A model generated the notes under the pieces. It was not told the DNA's origin, made no database searches, and saw nothing but the letters and a program-made list of their open reading frames with translations. From assembly GCA_016706865.1 (NCBI GenBank), contig JADJIS010000003.1, positions 18,030-82,029 of the forward strand: a stretch of DNA of 64,000 nucleotides. Direction: 5' to 3'. The stretch comes from Bacteroidota bacterium (lineage in GTDB: Bacteria; Bacteroidota; Bacteroidia; Chitinophagales; BACL12). A program made the position numbers and the translations under genes. This document shows, one piece after another, positions 53,694-63,079 of this stretch; position 1 is the stretch's first letter, and each line of letters begins with the position of its first letter.

Positions 53694-55772
53694 TCACCAA
53701 CTAAGAAGCTCCTCCATCACCACTCCAACTTTTTCCGCACTCGGAAGCATGGCTTTTTCTAAGCCGGAGTTTAGTGGGACTGCGGGGAGATTTTTTGCTC
53801 CTAACATTTTTACTGGAGCATCGAGATATTTAAATAATTCGGAAGAAATTCTTCCCGCAATTGCCTGTGCAAAAGAATTCATGATAGGTTCTTCCGTAAG
53901 AACAAAACATTTATTGTGTCGTTTTACGGAAGTTTCAATTGCTTCCCAATCGTATGGTGATAATGTTCTAAGATCTAAAATTTCCACCTGACCAGGATAT
54001 TTTTTACTCGCATTTAATGCCCAATGAACACCCATTCCATAGGTGACAACAACAATACTTTCTCCGTTATTTATTTTTTCTTCTGAGGCATGTTGAAATA
54101 TGCGTGCCTTTCCTAAAGGAATAATATAATCATCGGAAGGTTGAATTGATTTTGCAGCAGCCGTTCCGGGAACCTTGCTCCAATACAAACCTTTATGTTC
54201 AAACATCACAACAGGATTCGGATCATAAAAAGCACCCTTTAATAATCCTTTCATGTCGGCGGCATTGCTGGGGTAAACAACTTTTATTCCTTTTATAGCA
54301 GTAATGGAAGATTCGATGGAACCGGAATGATAAGGTCCTCCCGATCCATATGCACCAATTGGAATGCGAATAACTGTTTGCACATTCCATTTTCCATTGG
54401 TGAGATAAAATGATTTTGATAATTCGGACACCAATTGATTTACGCCTGTCCATATATAATCGGCAAACTGAATTTCCACCACCGGTTTTGCTCCGGCGGC
54501 GCTCATACCTAATGTAGAACCCACTAAATATGCTTCCTGAATTGCAGTATTAAAAACTCTGTGATCTCCATGTTTAACAGCTAAAGTGGCAGCTTCCCTG
54601 AAAACTCCGCCCAATCTCTTTCCAACATCCTGCCCATATAACAATGCTTCCGGGTGTTTGGTCAAAATTTCATCCATGGCAAACAAGGCAGCATCCACCA
54701 TTATAACTTGCTCAGCACCAACGGGTTCGCGGGTTCCTTGTTCTTCCTGGATGGTTGACTCTGCAAACTCAAAAAGCTCCACGGTGGAGGGATCGGGGTC
54801 GGGGGAGGCAACTACTGCCGCAAAGGCATCTCTGGTCATCTTGTCGACCGTGGATTCTAATTGGAGCAATTCGTTACTGCTAAAACCCGCTGCCTGGAGT
54901 AAATTTCTCAATTTTGGCAATGGATCCCGGCTTTGATGCTCGTTCAGGTCTTCTTCCGAACGATACATTTCCATCCTCACTCCACTCGTATGATGCCCGA
55001 GTAAAGGAACTTTGGCATGAATCAAAATAGGTTTTCTGTTCACCCGAACATAACCTATAGCTTCTTTTACACAGTTCCAGCATTCGGTAAAATCACTTCC
55101 ATCCACCCTTACTCTTCTCAAACCTTTAAATCCGGCGGCATATTCGTAAGCATCCATGGTTCGGGCTTCTTCTTTGGATACAGAAATTCCCCAGTCATTA
55201 TCCTGAACCAAATAAATAATAGGTAAACCTTTTAAAACAGCAAATTGCAATGCCTCTGCAACTTCACCTTCCGTCATGGCGCCATCGCCTATAGAGCAAA
55301 CAACCAATGGATTTTCTTTGGAGGTATCCAACAAATTTTGTTGTTCAAGATATTGTATCCCTTGTGCCACGCCGGTTGTAGGAATTGCCTGCATGCCGGT
55401 TGCCGAGGAAGAATGTATCATTTGCGGATAATCTTTTCCTTTATAACTCGGATGACAATAATAATTGCGACCACCACTGAAAGGATCATCTCTCTTTGCC
55501 ATTAACTGTAACAGAATTTCTTCCGGTTTCCAGCCCATACCCATTAACATGGAGTCGTCACGATAGTATAAACTCGCCCAATCGCATTTTTTTAACTGAA
55601 GTCCCATTGCGATCTGAATGGCCTCATGTCCCCTGGAATTGGCATGCACAAAGATGCAGGTTTGCCTGTTCTCATTGAATATCTCACTCATCACCTTACT
55701 CGTAAACATGATGCGGTAAGCTTCCAGGAGTATTTTTTTATCAACCAATTCGAGAGTTTCCTTTTGATTCAT
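53694..55772 (-). CDS. 2-oxoacid (branched-chain alpha-keto acid type) dehydrogenase E1 component, fused alpha/beta subunits
   Basis: 692 aa. The N-terminal half has a TPP-binding alpha-type sequence (GDGAMTEGEVAEALQFA). The C-terminal half is a transketolase-like pyrimidine-binding beta-type sequence (FNTAIQEAYLVG, EIQFADYIW). Confidence 0.9.
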   Translation of the reverse strand: MNQKETLELVDKKILLEAYRIMFTSKVMSEIFNENRQTCIFVHANSRGHEAIQIAMGLQLKKCDWASLYYRDDSMLMGMGWKPEEILLQLMAKRDDPFSGGRNYYCHPSYKGKDYPQMIHSSSATGMQAIPTTGVAQGIQYLEQQNLLDTSKENPLVVCSIGDGAMTEGEVAEALQFAVLKGLPIIYLVQDNDWGISVSKEEARTMDAYEYAAGFKGLRRVRVDGSDFTECWNCVKEAIGYVRVNRKPILIHAKVPLLGHHTSGVRMEMYRSEEDLNEHQSRDPLPKLRNLLQAAGFSSNELLQLESTVDKMTRDAFAAVVASPDPDPSTVELFEFAESTIQEEQGTREPVGAEQVIMVDAALFAMDEILTKHPEALLYGQDVGKRLGGVFREAATLAVKHGDHRVFNTAIQEAYLVGSTLGMSAAGAKPVVEIQFADYIWTGVNQLVSELSKSFYLTNGKWNVQTVIRIPIGAYGSGGPYHSGSIESSITAIKGIKVVYPSNAADMKGLLKGAFYDPNPVVMFEHKGLYWSKVPGTAAAKSIQPSDDYIIPLGKARIFQHASEEKINNGESIVVVTYGMGVHWALNASKKYPGQVEILDLRTLSPYDWEAIETSVKRHNKCFVLTEEPIMNSFAQAIAGRISSELFKYLDAPVKMLGAKNLPAVPLNSGLEKAMLPSAEKVGVVMEELLSW

Positions 55773-55849
55773 TGAGCGCTTTAAAATGGATCTTTAATTT
55801 TGCTGCAAAGCTATAAAGACTTTGAGTGCCCTTTTAGCGGATAATGCCC

Positions 55850-56458
55850 TTATTTGATATTTATTTCAAATTTTTTCTCCTTTTCGAGAAATCCCACGAG
55901 TTTATCACCTGCATTTACCTTTCCAACTCCGGCCGGTGTGCCTGTAAAAAGAAGATCACCCTGTTGAAGGGTAAAATATTTGGAAATATATGAGATCATG
56001 TTGGGGATATTGTTGATCATCTGCATTGAGGAACCGGTTTGCACAATTTCTTCATTTTTCAACATGTGAAAATTGATATCATCAGCGTGTTCCAGATTTT
56101 GGATGAGCGAAAATTCTCCAATAACAGCGGAGTTATCAAAGCCCTTGGCAATTTCCCATGGTAAACCTTTTTTCTTTTGTTCTGACTGCACATCGCGGGC
56201 GGTGAAGTCTATCCCAACAGTAACTGCATCTACATATTTTGATGCGAAATCTTCGGCAATATGTTTTCCGTTTTTACAAATGCGAAATACCAATTCACAT
56301 TCATAATGTATATCATTGGAAAAATCAGGAATATAAAAATCTTTTCCTTTGAGTAATGCTGTGGGAGGTTTCATAAATACAACGGGAGCATCAGGAATTT
56401 CATTGTTTAATTCCTTTGCGTGTTCGGAATAATTACGGCCTATGCAGAATATTTTCAT
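55850..56458 (-). CDS. fumarylacetoacetate hydrolase (FAH) family protein
   Basis: MKIFCIGRNYSEHAKEL..., ECELVF, and the GDLLFTGTPAGVG motif. ATG 56458. Confidence 0.85.
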   Translation of the reverse strand: MKIFCIGRNYSEHAKELNNEIPDAPVVFMKPPTALLKGKDFYIPDFSNDIHYECELVFRICKNGKHIAEDFASKYVDAVTVGIDFTARDVQSEQKKKGLPWEIAKGFDNSAVIGEFSLIQNLEHADDINFHMLKNEEIVQTGSSMQMINNIPNMISYISKYFTLQQGDLLFTGTPAGVGKVNAGDKLVGFLEKEKKFEINIK

Positions 56459-56559
56459 AACAGGTGGCAAAGTTACGAAACGGGATATAGATTCATCTGT
56501 AACAGGAATGATTGATTTTTTAATTTCCCGTATCTTTGAACCGGGATAATCTTATTGGT

Positions 56560-57438
56560 ATGAAGAAAATATTTGGTTTATGTGTTTTGAGTTTCCTGAT
56601 CATTGGAAATTGTTTTGCGCAACGTCAGGTTTCAGCGGGTAAAAATCTTGGCAATAATAAAGTGGGTGCATTTGAACATGTGGAAGGTGCATTTATTGCT
56701 GTTAACGGAATAAATATGTATTACGAAGAATATGGTGAAGGTCCTGCATTATTAATGTTGCATGACAACGGAGGTTCAGTGGAATCGTTTAATAGTCAGA
56801 TCAATTATTTTTCGAAAAAACACCGCGTAATCGTAGCTGATGGGAGAGGGCAGGGGAAAACAAATAATACTGCTGATAGCCTTACCTACGAATTACTTTT
56901 AGAGGATTATAATGCACTGCTCGAAAAATTGGAAGTAGACAGCGCTTACGTAATTGGTTTTGATGATGGGGCAATTGTTGGATTAATGCTTGCAATGCAC
57001 TTTCCTGAAAAAGTTAAAATGCTTGCAATTTATGGGGCGCGATTAAATGCAGAACCTAACACTATAGTTGATGCCTCTACTGACCTTGAAAAGGTATATA
57101 AACAAATGTATAGCGATTCGGTAAAGGCTGGTAAAAAGGAATACAAAGACGAATTACAATTAACAAATTTAGTATTACATCATCCTGAGATTGATGCGGA
57201 TCTTTTAATAAATATTACAGCACCTGTTTTAGTAATGGGTGGCGACAGAGATATAATTCAATTGGAACACACCGTGTTTTTATATAAACAATTGCCACAT
57301 GCGCAATTATCGATATTTCCGGGTGCAACACATTATTTTATGAGTGAAACACCAATGTTATTTAATAATGCGGTATCGAAGTTTTTTTCAAAACCTTTTA
57401 ATGATGTTGAGGTGGAGGATACCATTAAATTTAAGTAG
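56560..57438 (+). CDS. alpha/beta hydrolase, secreted
   Basis: ATG 56560 gives the signal peptide MKKIFGLCVLSFLIIGNCFAQ. HG-type oxyanion region LLMLHDNGGS; the nucleophile-elbow position reads GFDDGA, with Asp in place of the usual Ser. Confidence 0.75.
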   Translation: MKKIFGLCVLSFLIIGNCFAQRQVSAGKNLGNNKVGAFEHVEGAFIAVNGINMYYEEYGEGPALLMLHDNGGSVESFNSQINYFSKKHRVIVADGRGQGKTNNTADSLTYELLLEDYNALLEKLEVDSAYVIGFDDGAIVGLMLAMHFPEKVKMLAIYGARLNAEPNTIVDASTDLEKVYKQMYSDSVKAGKKEYKDELQLTNLVLHHPEIDADLLINITAPVLVMGGDRDIIQLEHTVFLYKQLPHAQLSIFPGATHYFMSETPMLFNNAVSKFFSKPFNDVEVEDTIKFK

Positions 57439-57719
57439 ATTGGATATTAAGTGAGTCAAATTTATATTTTTGGAGTAACATATAATTCCAAAATAAATTT
57501 TATTCATTTTCATCTTTAAAATAAAAATTCGGCTCCGATTGATTTAACCCGATCCAAGCTCCATTAACCATTATGGAGGAAAATAAAACTTTGACCTGTA
57601 GTTGAAATAAATTAATTCGGATTAAATTAACAGATTTATTTGGAAAGTGAATAATAGTGTTTAAAAATATTTAAATAAACCAAATAATTAAAATCAAGTC
57701 AATTAATTGTTAGGGTTTT

Positions 57720-58277
57720 TCAGTTGAATTTATTCATTGCCCTGTCCACACCTTCCATAACTATGGATAAAACTGCTTCGGCACATTTTTTTGTAGTTTC
57801 TGATACTAATTGTTTTTCTTCAGCACTCCATTTTCCTAAAACAAAATCCACTTGTTTGCCTTTTCCGAAATCATTCCCCACGCCAAAACGCAAACGCGTA
57901 TATTGATTTGTTTGCAATAATTCGTTGATATTTTTTAATCCGTTATGTCCACCATCGTTACCATTTTTACGAATGCGTAATTTGCCAAGTGGAAGATTAA
58001 TATCATCTGTAACAATGAGCAGATTTTCGAGTGGGATATTTTCTTTTTCCATCCAGTATTTTACAGCCTTGCCACTTAAATTCATATAGGTGGTGGGTTT
58101 TATAAGGAGGAAGGTTTTTCCTTTAAATTTAAATTCTGCAGCGTCAGCATATCTTTTAGAAGTGAATACAACTTTTTTTTCTTCTGCGAGATATTCCAAT
58201 ACATCAAAACCAATGTTATGTCTTGTATTTTGATAATCAATACCGAAATTGCCTAAACCTGCAATTAAATATTTCAT
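57720..58277 (-). CDS. pth: peptidyl-tRNA hydrolase
   Basis: MKYLIAGLGNFGIDYQNTRHNIGF... from ATG 58277, with the GGHNGLKN motif. The 255-aa ORF-track version would overlap rplY. Confidence 0.95.
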   Translation of the reverse strand: MKYLIAGLGNFGIDYQNTRHNIGFDVLEYLAEEKKVVFTSKRYADAAEFKFKGKTFLLIKPTTYMNLSGKAVKYWMEKENIPLENLLIVTDDINLPLGKLRIRKNGNDGGHNGLKNINELLQTNQYTRLRFGVGNDFGKGKQVDFVLGKWSAEEKQLVSETTKKCAEAVLSIVMEGVDRAMNKFN

Positions 58278-58383
58278 CTCAAGTGCTTGTTGCTCTTTAT
58301 TTGTTGATTTTCGTGGAAATAAAAAACGAAGCAATTTCATATCTTTTAAAATTAGAAATTGCTTCGTTAAAAAAGTGATCAAA

Positions 58384-59040
58384 TTAATCTTTCTTCTCTT
58401 CTTTTGCAGCCTCAGGTGCAGCAGCAACGGCAGCAACAGGTGCAGCAGTTTTAGCGGCAGCATCAGCAGCAGCTGCAGCATCTGCAATTGCTTTAAGTGC
58501 GCGAGGAGAGATCACAGTTACAATCGGAATGCTTTTTGCACCGAGTACCTCAATATTTTTTATTTTGATATCGCCCATTCTGATGGTATTACTAACATCA
58601 AGATCGGTAACATCAATAGATACACTGTCAACAAGATCTTTAGGAAAACCTTTGATGGTAACTTTTCTAATTCGTTGAATAAGTTTACCACCACTTTTTA
58701 CACCTACCGACTGACCTGATAATTTAACAGGTACAACAGATGTGATCTTTTTCTTTGCATTTAATTTCAAAAAATCGATATGGAGAATTTCATCCGTCAC
58801 TTTGTGAAATTGAATTTCACGCATTAAAGTTTCGTACGTTGTTCCATCGATGTTAAGAATCACTTTATAAACATTTGGAGTATATACCAAAGTTTTAAGT
58901 GCTGTTTTGGCTACTTCGAAATTTATATTTTCGCCATCACCATAGAGAATACATGGAACCATTTCGCCCGTGCGTGCATCTTTTGATGCTCTGCGGCCTA
59001 CGTGATCTCTCAGTTTCCCTTTTAATTCAAATGTTTGCAT
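58384..59040 (-). CDS. rplY: 50S ribosomal protein L25/general stress protein Ctc with Ala-rich C-terminal tail
   Basis: MQTFELKGKLRDHVGRRASKDARTGEMVPCILYG..., followed by the tail AIADAAAAADAAAKTAAPVAAVAAAPEAAKEEKKD. Confidence 0.9.
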   Translation of the reverse strand: MQTFELKGKLRDHVGRRASKDARTGEMVPCILYGDGENINFEVAKTALKTLVYTPNVYKVILNIDGTTYETLMREIQFHKVTDEILHIDFLKLNAKKKITSVVPVKLSGQSVGVKSGGKLIQRIRKVTIKGFPKDLVDSVSIDVTDLDVSNTIRMGDIKIKNIEVLGAKSIPIVTVISPRALKAIADAAAAADAAAKTAAPVAAVAAAPEAAKEEKKD

Positions 59041-59097
59041 TTTAATTGAATTTAATTTTAATTGTTTACTGAATTTATGAAATTAAAAAATCTTAAT

Positions 59098-60039
59098 TTA
59101 ATTATTGATAAATAATGAACTGATACTTCTGTGTTCATGTGTGTTTCTGATTGCTCTTGCAAATAATTTTGCAGAGGAAACAACACGTATTTTTTCACTT
59201 TCGCGTTTCAATGGAATAGTATCTGTAACTACAATTTCTTCTAAGGATGAATTTTCAATTGTTTCATATGCTTTTCCGCTTAAAACAGGATGTGTGCAAA
59301 AAGCTCTAACTGTTTTAGCGCCTTTTTGTTTCATCAGATTTGCGGCATTTGCCAAAGTATTTCCGGTATCCACAATATCATCGATCATGATCACATCTTT
59401 TCCTTCCACATCTCCTATCACGGTCATTTCTGCTATTTCGTTCGCTTTTTTTCGGTATTTATCACAGATCACAAGTTCTGTATTAAAATGAACAGCATAA
59501 CGGCGATTTCTTTTTGTGCTTCCAACATCCGGTGAAGCAAAAATCACATTACTTGTATCCAAATTTTCTTCAATATATGGAACATAAATAGCTGTTGAAC
59601 TTAAGTGATCAACCGGAATGTCAAAAAATCCCTGGATCTGATCAGCGTGAAGGTCCATAGTAACTATTCGGTTTGCACCTGCAGCCGATAATAATTCCGC
59701 AACCAATTTTGCTCCGATGGAAACCCTCGGTTTATCTTTTCTGTCCTGACGTGCAAGTCCAAAATATGGTATAACCGCTGTGATATAAGATGCGGAGGCC
59801 CTTTTAGCGGCATCTATCATCAACAAAAGCTCCATAAGGTTATCAGAAGGGAAAAAGGTGCTTTGAATAAAGAACACATAACTTCCTCTCACACTTTCAA
59901 GAATATTTGGCTGAAACTCGCCGTCGCTAAAGCGGTCGATGGCAATTTTACCTAATGGTTGCCCATAATAATCTGCAACTTTTTCAGCCAGATAGCGGCT
60001 GGTAGTTCCTGAAAATAATTTTACATCATTGGTAACCAT
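59098..60039 (-). CDS. prs: ribose-phosphate pyrophosphokinase
   Basis: 313 aa. FSDGE, the RQDRK flexible loop, and the PRPP-binding IMIDDIVDTGNT. Confidence 0.95.
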   Translation of the reverse strand: MVTNDVKLFSGTTSRYLAEKVADYYGQPLGKIAIDRFSDGEFQPNILESVRGSYVFFIQSTFFPSDNLMELLLMIDAAKRASASYITAVIPYFGLARQDRKDKPRVSIGAKLVAELLSAAGANRIVTMDLHADQIQGFFDIPVDHLSSTAIYVPYIEENLDTSNVIFASPDVGSTKRNRRYAVHFNTELVICDKYRKKANEIAEMTVIGDVEGKDVIMIDDIVDTGNTLANAANLMKQKGAKTVRAFCTHPVLSGKAYETIENSSLEEIVVTDTIPLKRESEKIRVVSSAKLFARAIRNTHEHRSISSLFINN

Positions 60040-60101
60040 TGTGATTCAAAGATTTGAGGCGGCAAAGATAGCAAAACAGACCCTACTTTGGAAGTATTAT
60101 C

Positions 60102-60890
60102 TCAAATCTGTGGAGAAATCAATGTCTGGAGGGTTTTAAAGTATTGAAATGCTTGCTGCATACGACTTCCATACCAACTGAACATTTCCCCATCCACGCA
60201 GTAAACCCTCGTTTTTGTTAATATCTTTTGAAACTCCTGCTCATGATTTTCGTTAAAGGGATAAGGTTCTGAGGATAAAAACAGGAAATCGGGCGATTTT
60301 GCCAAAATTTGATCAAAATCGGTTTCAGGGTAACGTAAATCGGAGGAATAACAATTTTCGAATCCGGCTTCCTTTAACATGGCATTGATAAAAGTATCTC
60401 CTCCAATGGTTAAATACGGATCTTTCCAGATCAGATAAATGCAGGAACGAAGGGGAGTGAAAGACAATTCTGCTCGGCTTGAATTAATGGTATGGATCAA
60501 ATTTTCCGCCTTATTACTTGTGTCAGTCATCAAACCAATTAGTCGTATCATTTCGAACGCAGAATCCAATGTATTTACATCACTCACAAAAACCGGAAAT
60601 TCTTTTTTTAATTCTTCTATCTGGGCAAATTCGTTTTCTTCTTTATTAGCGATGATGAGATCTGGTTTTAATTGTTTTATCTTTTCCAGATTAAGATTTT
60701 TTGTTCCGCCAATAATTTGTTTTGTTTTTTTGAGATGTTTGGGATGTATACAAAATTTGGTAATTCCGATTATATTATTTTCAAGTCCCAGATCATATAA
60801 TAATTCCGTTTGTGATGGGACCAAAGAAATTATTTTTTTTGGGGGAAATGGAATTTCGATAGAATTTAAAATTTGATCAGAGAATTGCAT
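60102..60890 (-). CDS. periplasmic binding protein, BtuF/helical-backbone metal-receptor family (cobalamin/siderophore-type)
   Basis: 262 aa. KKIISLVPSQTELLYDLGL and KPDLIIANKEEN are typical of class III SBPs. Confidence 0.75.
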   Translation of the reverse strand: MQFSDQILNSIEIPFPPKKIISLVPSQTELLYDLGLENNIIGITKFCIHPKHLKKTKQIIGGTKNLNLEKIKQLKPDLIIANKEENEFAQIEELKKEFPVFVSDVNTLDSAFEMIRLIGLMTDTSNKAENLIHTINSSRAELSFTPLRSCIYLIWKDPYLTIGGDTFINAMLKEAGFENCYSSDLRYPETDFDQILAKSPDFLFLSSEPYPFNENHEQEFQKILTKTRVYCVDGEMFSWYGSRMQQAFQYFKTLQTLISPQI

Positions 60891-60894
60891 GGTA

Positions 60895-61467
60895 TTATTT
60901 TGATTTGTTTTTTCTCCCTGAATTCACTTTGAAACCAATTAGTTCTCGTTTTACCGGTTTGGGTTGTAATAAGTTCTTTAAAGTATTAAAAATCAATATC
61001 ACATCCTCGCTATTTGCAGTAACTTGTTTTTCCATCTGCTCAAGTTTTAGCATAATATCCTTATGCGTAAGCAGCAGTTTTCTCATCCTTGTAAAAACTC
61101 GTATTATTTGAATATTTACATTAACTGCTGTATCACTATTTAAAATACCGGAAAGCATGGCAATTCCATGTTCGGTGAAAACCAATGGCATTGTCCTTCT
61201 TCCGCCATGTTTTTGTTTATCAGGTATTTTACTTGAGGTCACAATTTGTGACTTCAAGATTGCAAATTCGATTTCGGTTAATCGAAACATGAAATCAGAC
61301 GGGAACCTGTTGAGATGTCGTTTAACAGTTTGGTTCAAAACTTTAGTTTCAACATGATATAATAAAGCAAGATCTTCATCAAGCATTATTTTTTCACCTC
61401 TGATCAAATAGATTTTTCCTTGAATAATTTCATCCGGCGGAATTAGAGCAAGATTTTTCTTTCTCAT
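60895..61467 (-). CDS. ORF6N (KilA-N-related) domain DNA-binding protein
   Basis: KIYLIRGEKIMLDEDLALLYHVETKVLNQTVKRHLNRFPSDFMFRLT is the characteristic ORF6N N-terminal domain. Confidence 0.8.
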   Translation of the reverse strand: MRKKNLALIPPDEIIQGKIYLIRGEKIMLDEDLALLYHVETKVLNQTVKRHLNRFPSDFMFRLTEIEFAILKSQIVTSSKIPDKQKHGGRRTMPLVFTEHGIAMLSGILNSDTAVNVNIQIIRVFTRMRKLLLTHKDIMLKLEQMEKQVTANSEDVILIFNTLKNLLQPKPVKRELIGFKVNSGRKNKSK

Positions 61468-61549
61468 TATTTTGTTTTTAAGGATTAAAAAAATATAATT
61501 TCTAAATTCAAATTGGAGGGGATAACTCCAATTTGAAAAGTTAATTATT

Positions 61550-62914
61550 TCATCTCGTCAACGCGCTCATCACATCATGTTTAGTAATAATATACGTTTT
61601 ATCAACCTTGAAATCACGCACCAGTAAAGCGTGTACGTCATTGTTAAGCATTTTTCCCAACGCGTCAACAGAAGTGGAAATATCGATAAAAGGAAATGCC
61701 TGTTTCATGATAGTGCCTACTTTATTATTTTTAATTTCCGGATTTTTTAATACTTCATTATATAATAATGCTTCATTAATAGAACCTACAATTCTTCCTC
61801 CATCAACAACAGGTAATTGGGAGAAATCATTTTGCATCATGATCTGAAGGGCTTGTGCAACTGTTGTATTAATTTCCACAGATTTAAGTTCGCCTTTTTG
61901 GTTCGAGGAAATAAGATCTTTCGCGGTTAATCCTGATTTATCTATATAACCCATTTTCATCATCCAATCAGGGTTAAACATTTTACCTAAATAACGTGTT
62001 CCGTGATCAACAAAAACCACCACAACCACATCATCCTTTTTAAATTTATCTTTCAGTTGAATTAATCCCTGCAATGCGGAGCCGGATGAATTTCCCACCC
62101 AAATTCCTTCTTCCCTTACGATACGTGCAGTCATTATTGCGGCATCTTTATCTGTAACTTTTTCGAACATATCTATCAGATCCATGTCCACATTTTGCGG
62201 TAAAAAATCTTCTCCAATTCCCTCTGTTACATAAGGATAGATTTCATTTTTATCTAATATACCTGTCTCCTTTAATTTTTTAAATATGGATCCGTAAGTA
62301 TCAATTCCATAAATTTTAATATCCGGATTTTTTTCCTTCAAATACTTACCTGTTCCACTTATTGTTCCGCCGGTACCAACACCTGCAACAAAATGTGTGA
62401 TCCTGCCATCCGTTTGCTCCCAAATTTCGGGTCCGGTTGTTTCATAATGAGCTACTGAATTGCTCGGATTATCGTATTGATTCGGTTTCCAGGAATTTGG
62501 CACTTCCTTTATTAATCTCGATGAAACGGAATAATAACTTCGCGGGTCTTCCGGATCAACATCCGTAGGACAAACAATAACTTCTGCTCCAAATGCTTTT
62601 AATGCGTTCACCTTTTCGATACTTTGTTTATCGGTAGTTGTGAAAATGCATTTGTAACCTTTAATTATTGCGCCTATTGCGAGTCCCATACCTGTATTTC
62701 CGGAGGTTCCTTCAATAATAGTCCCGCCGGGCAACAATCTGCCGTCTTTTTCAGCATCTTCTATCATTTTAATTGCCATACGGTCTTTTATGGAGTTGCC
62801 GGGATTAAAAGTTTCCACCTTGGCAAGCACGGTTGCAGGTATATCTTTAACGATATTATTAAGTTTTATAAGTGGCGTATTGCCTATTGCTTCTAAAATG
62901 TTGTTTTTCCACAT
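61550..62914 (-). CDS. cystathionine beta-synthase-type PLP enzyme (CysK/CBS fold + C-terminal CBS-domain pair)
   Basis: Trp-synthase-beta fold with the PLP-lysine context FNPGNSIKDRMA and GTSGNTG. The C-terminal ~120 aa contain two CBS motifs. Confidence 0.9.
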   Translation of the reverse strand: MWKNNILEAIGNTPLIKLNNIVKDIPATVLAKVETFNPGNSIKDRMAIKMIEDAEKDGRLLPGGTIIEGTSGNTGMGLAIGAIIKGYKCIFTTTDKQSIEKVNALKAFGAEVIVCPTDVDPEDPRSYYSVSSRLIKEVPNSWKPNQYDNPSNSVAHYETTGPEIWEQTDGRITHFVAGVGTGGTISGTGKYLKEKNPDIKIYGIDTYGSIFKKLKETGILDKNEIYPYVTEGIGEDFLPQNVDMDLIDMFEKVTDKDAAIMTARIVREEGIWVGNSSGSALQGLIQLKDKFKKDDVVVVVFVDHGTRYLGKMFNPDWMMKMGYIDKSGLTAKDLISSNQKGELKSVEINTTVAQALQIMMQNDFSQLPVVDGGRIVGSINEALLYNEVLKNPEIKNNKVGTIMKQAFPFIDISTSVDALGKMLNNDVHALLVRDFKVDKTYIITKHDVMSALTR

Positions 62915-63079
62915 GGGGGCAAAGGTAAGGGGATTTTTTGAGGAGTGATTGAATGCATTTTAGGACTTGTAATGTGAGTATTGTGTTAAAAAAATAGGAA
63001 CAGATTTTTGGTGTTTCAAAAAAATCAGTAACTTTTCCCTGAAAATCAATCATTCACTCAAAACCCACAAGCTTTATTC

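Noticed and set aside
58278-58487. N-terminal extension of pth (255-aa ORF-track version)
   Set aside because: The extension (MQMLQLLLMLPLKLL...) is the antisense reading of the GCA-rich Ala tail of rplY and overlaps that gene. The canonical Pth N-terminus MKYLIAGLGNFG starts at 58277.
58415-58490. GCA/GCT-rich trinucleotide tract as a separate repeat feature
   Set aside because: It is in frame and encodes the Ala-rich C-terminal tail of L25/Ctc, so it is explained by coding.
62915-63079. Riboswitch (SAM/cobalamin) upstream of the CBS-type enzyme or the BtuF-like gene
   Set aside because: I could not find the conserved cores of SAM or cobalamin riboswitches. The BtuF-like gene has only a 4-nt gap to the preceding ORF.
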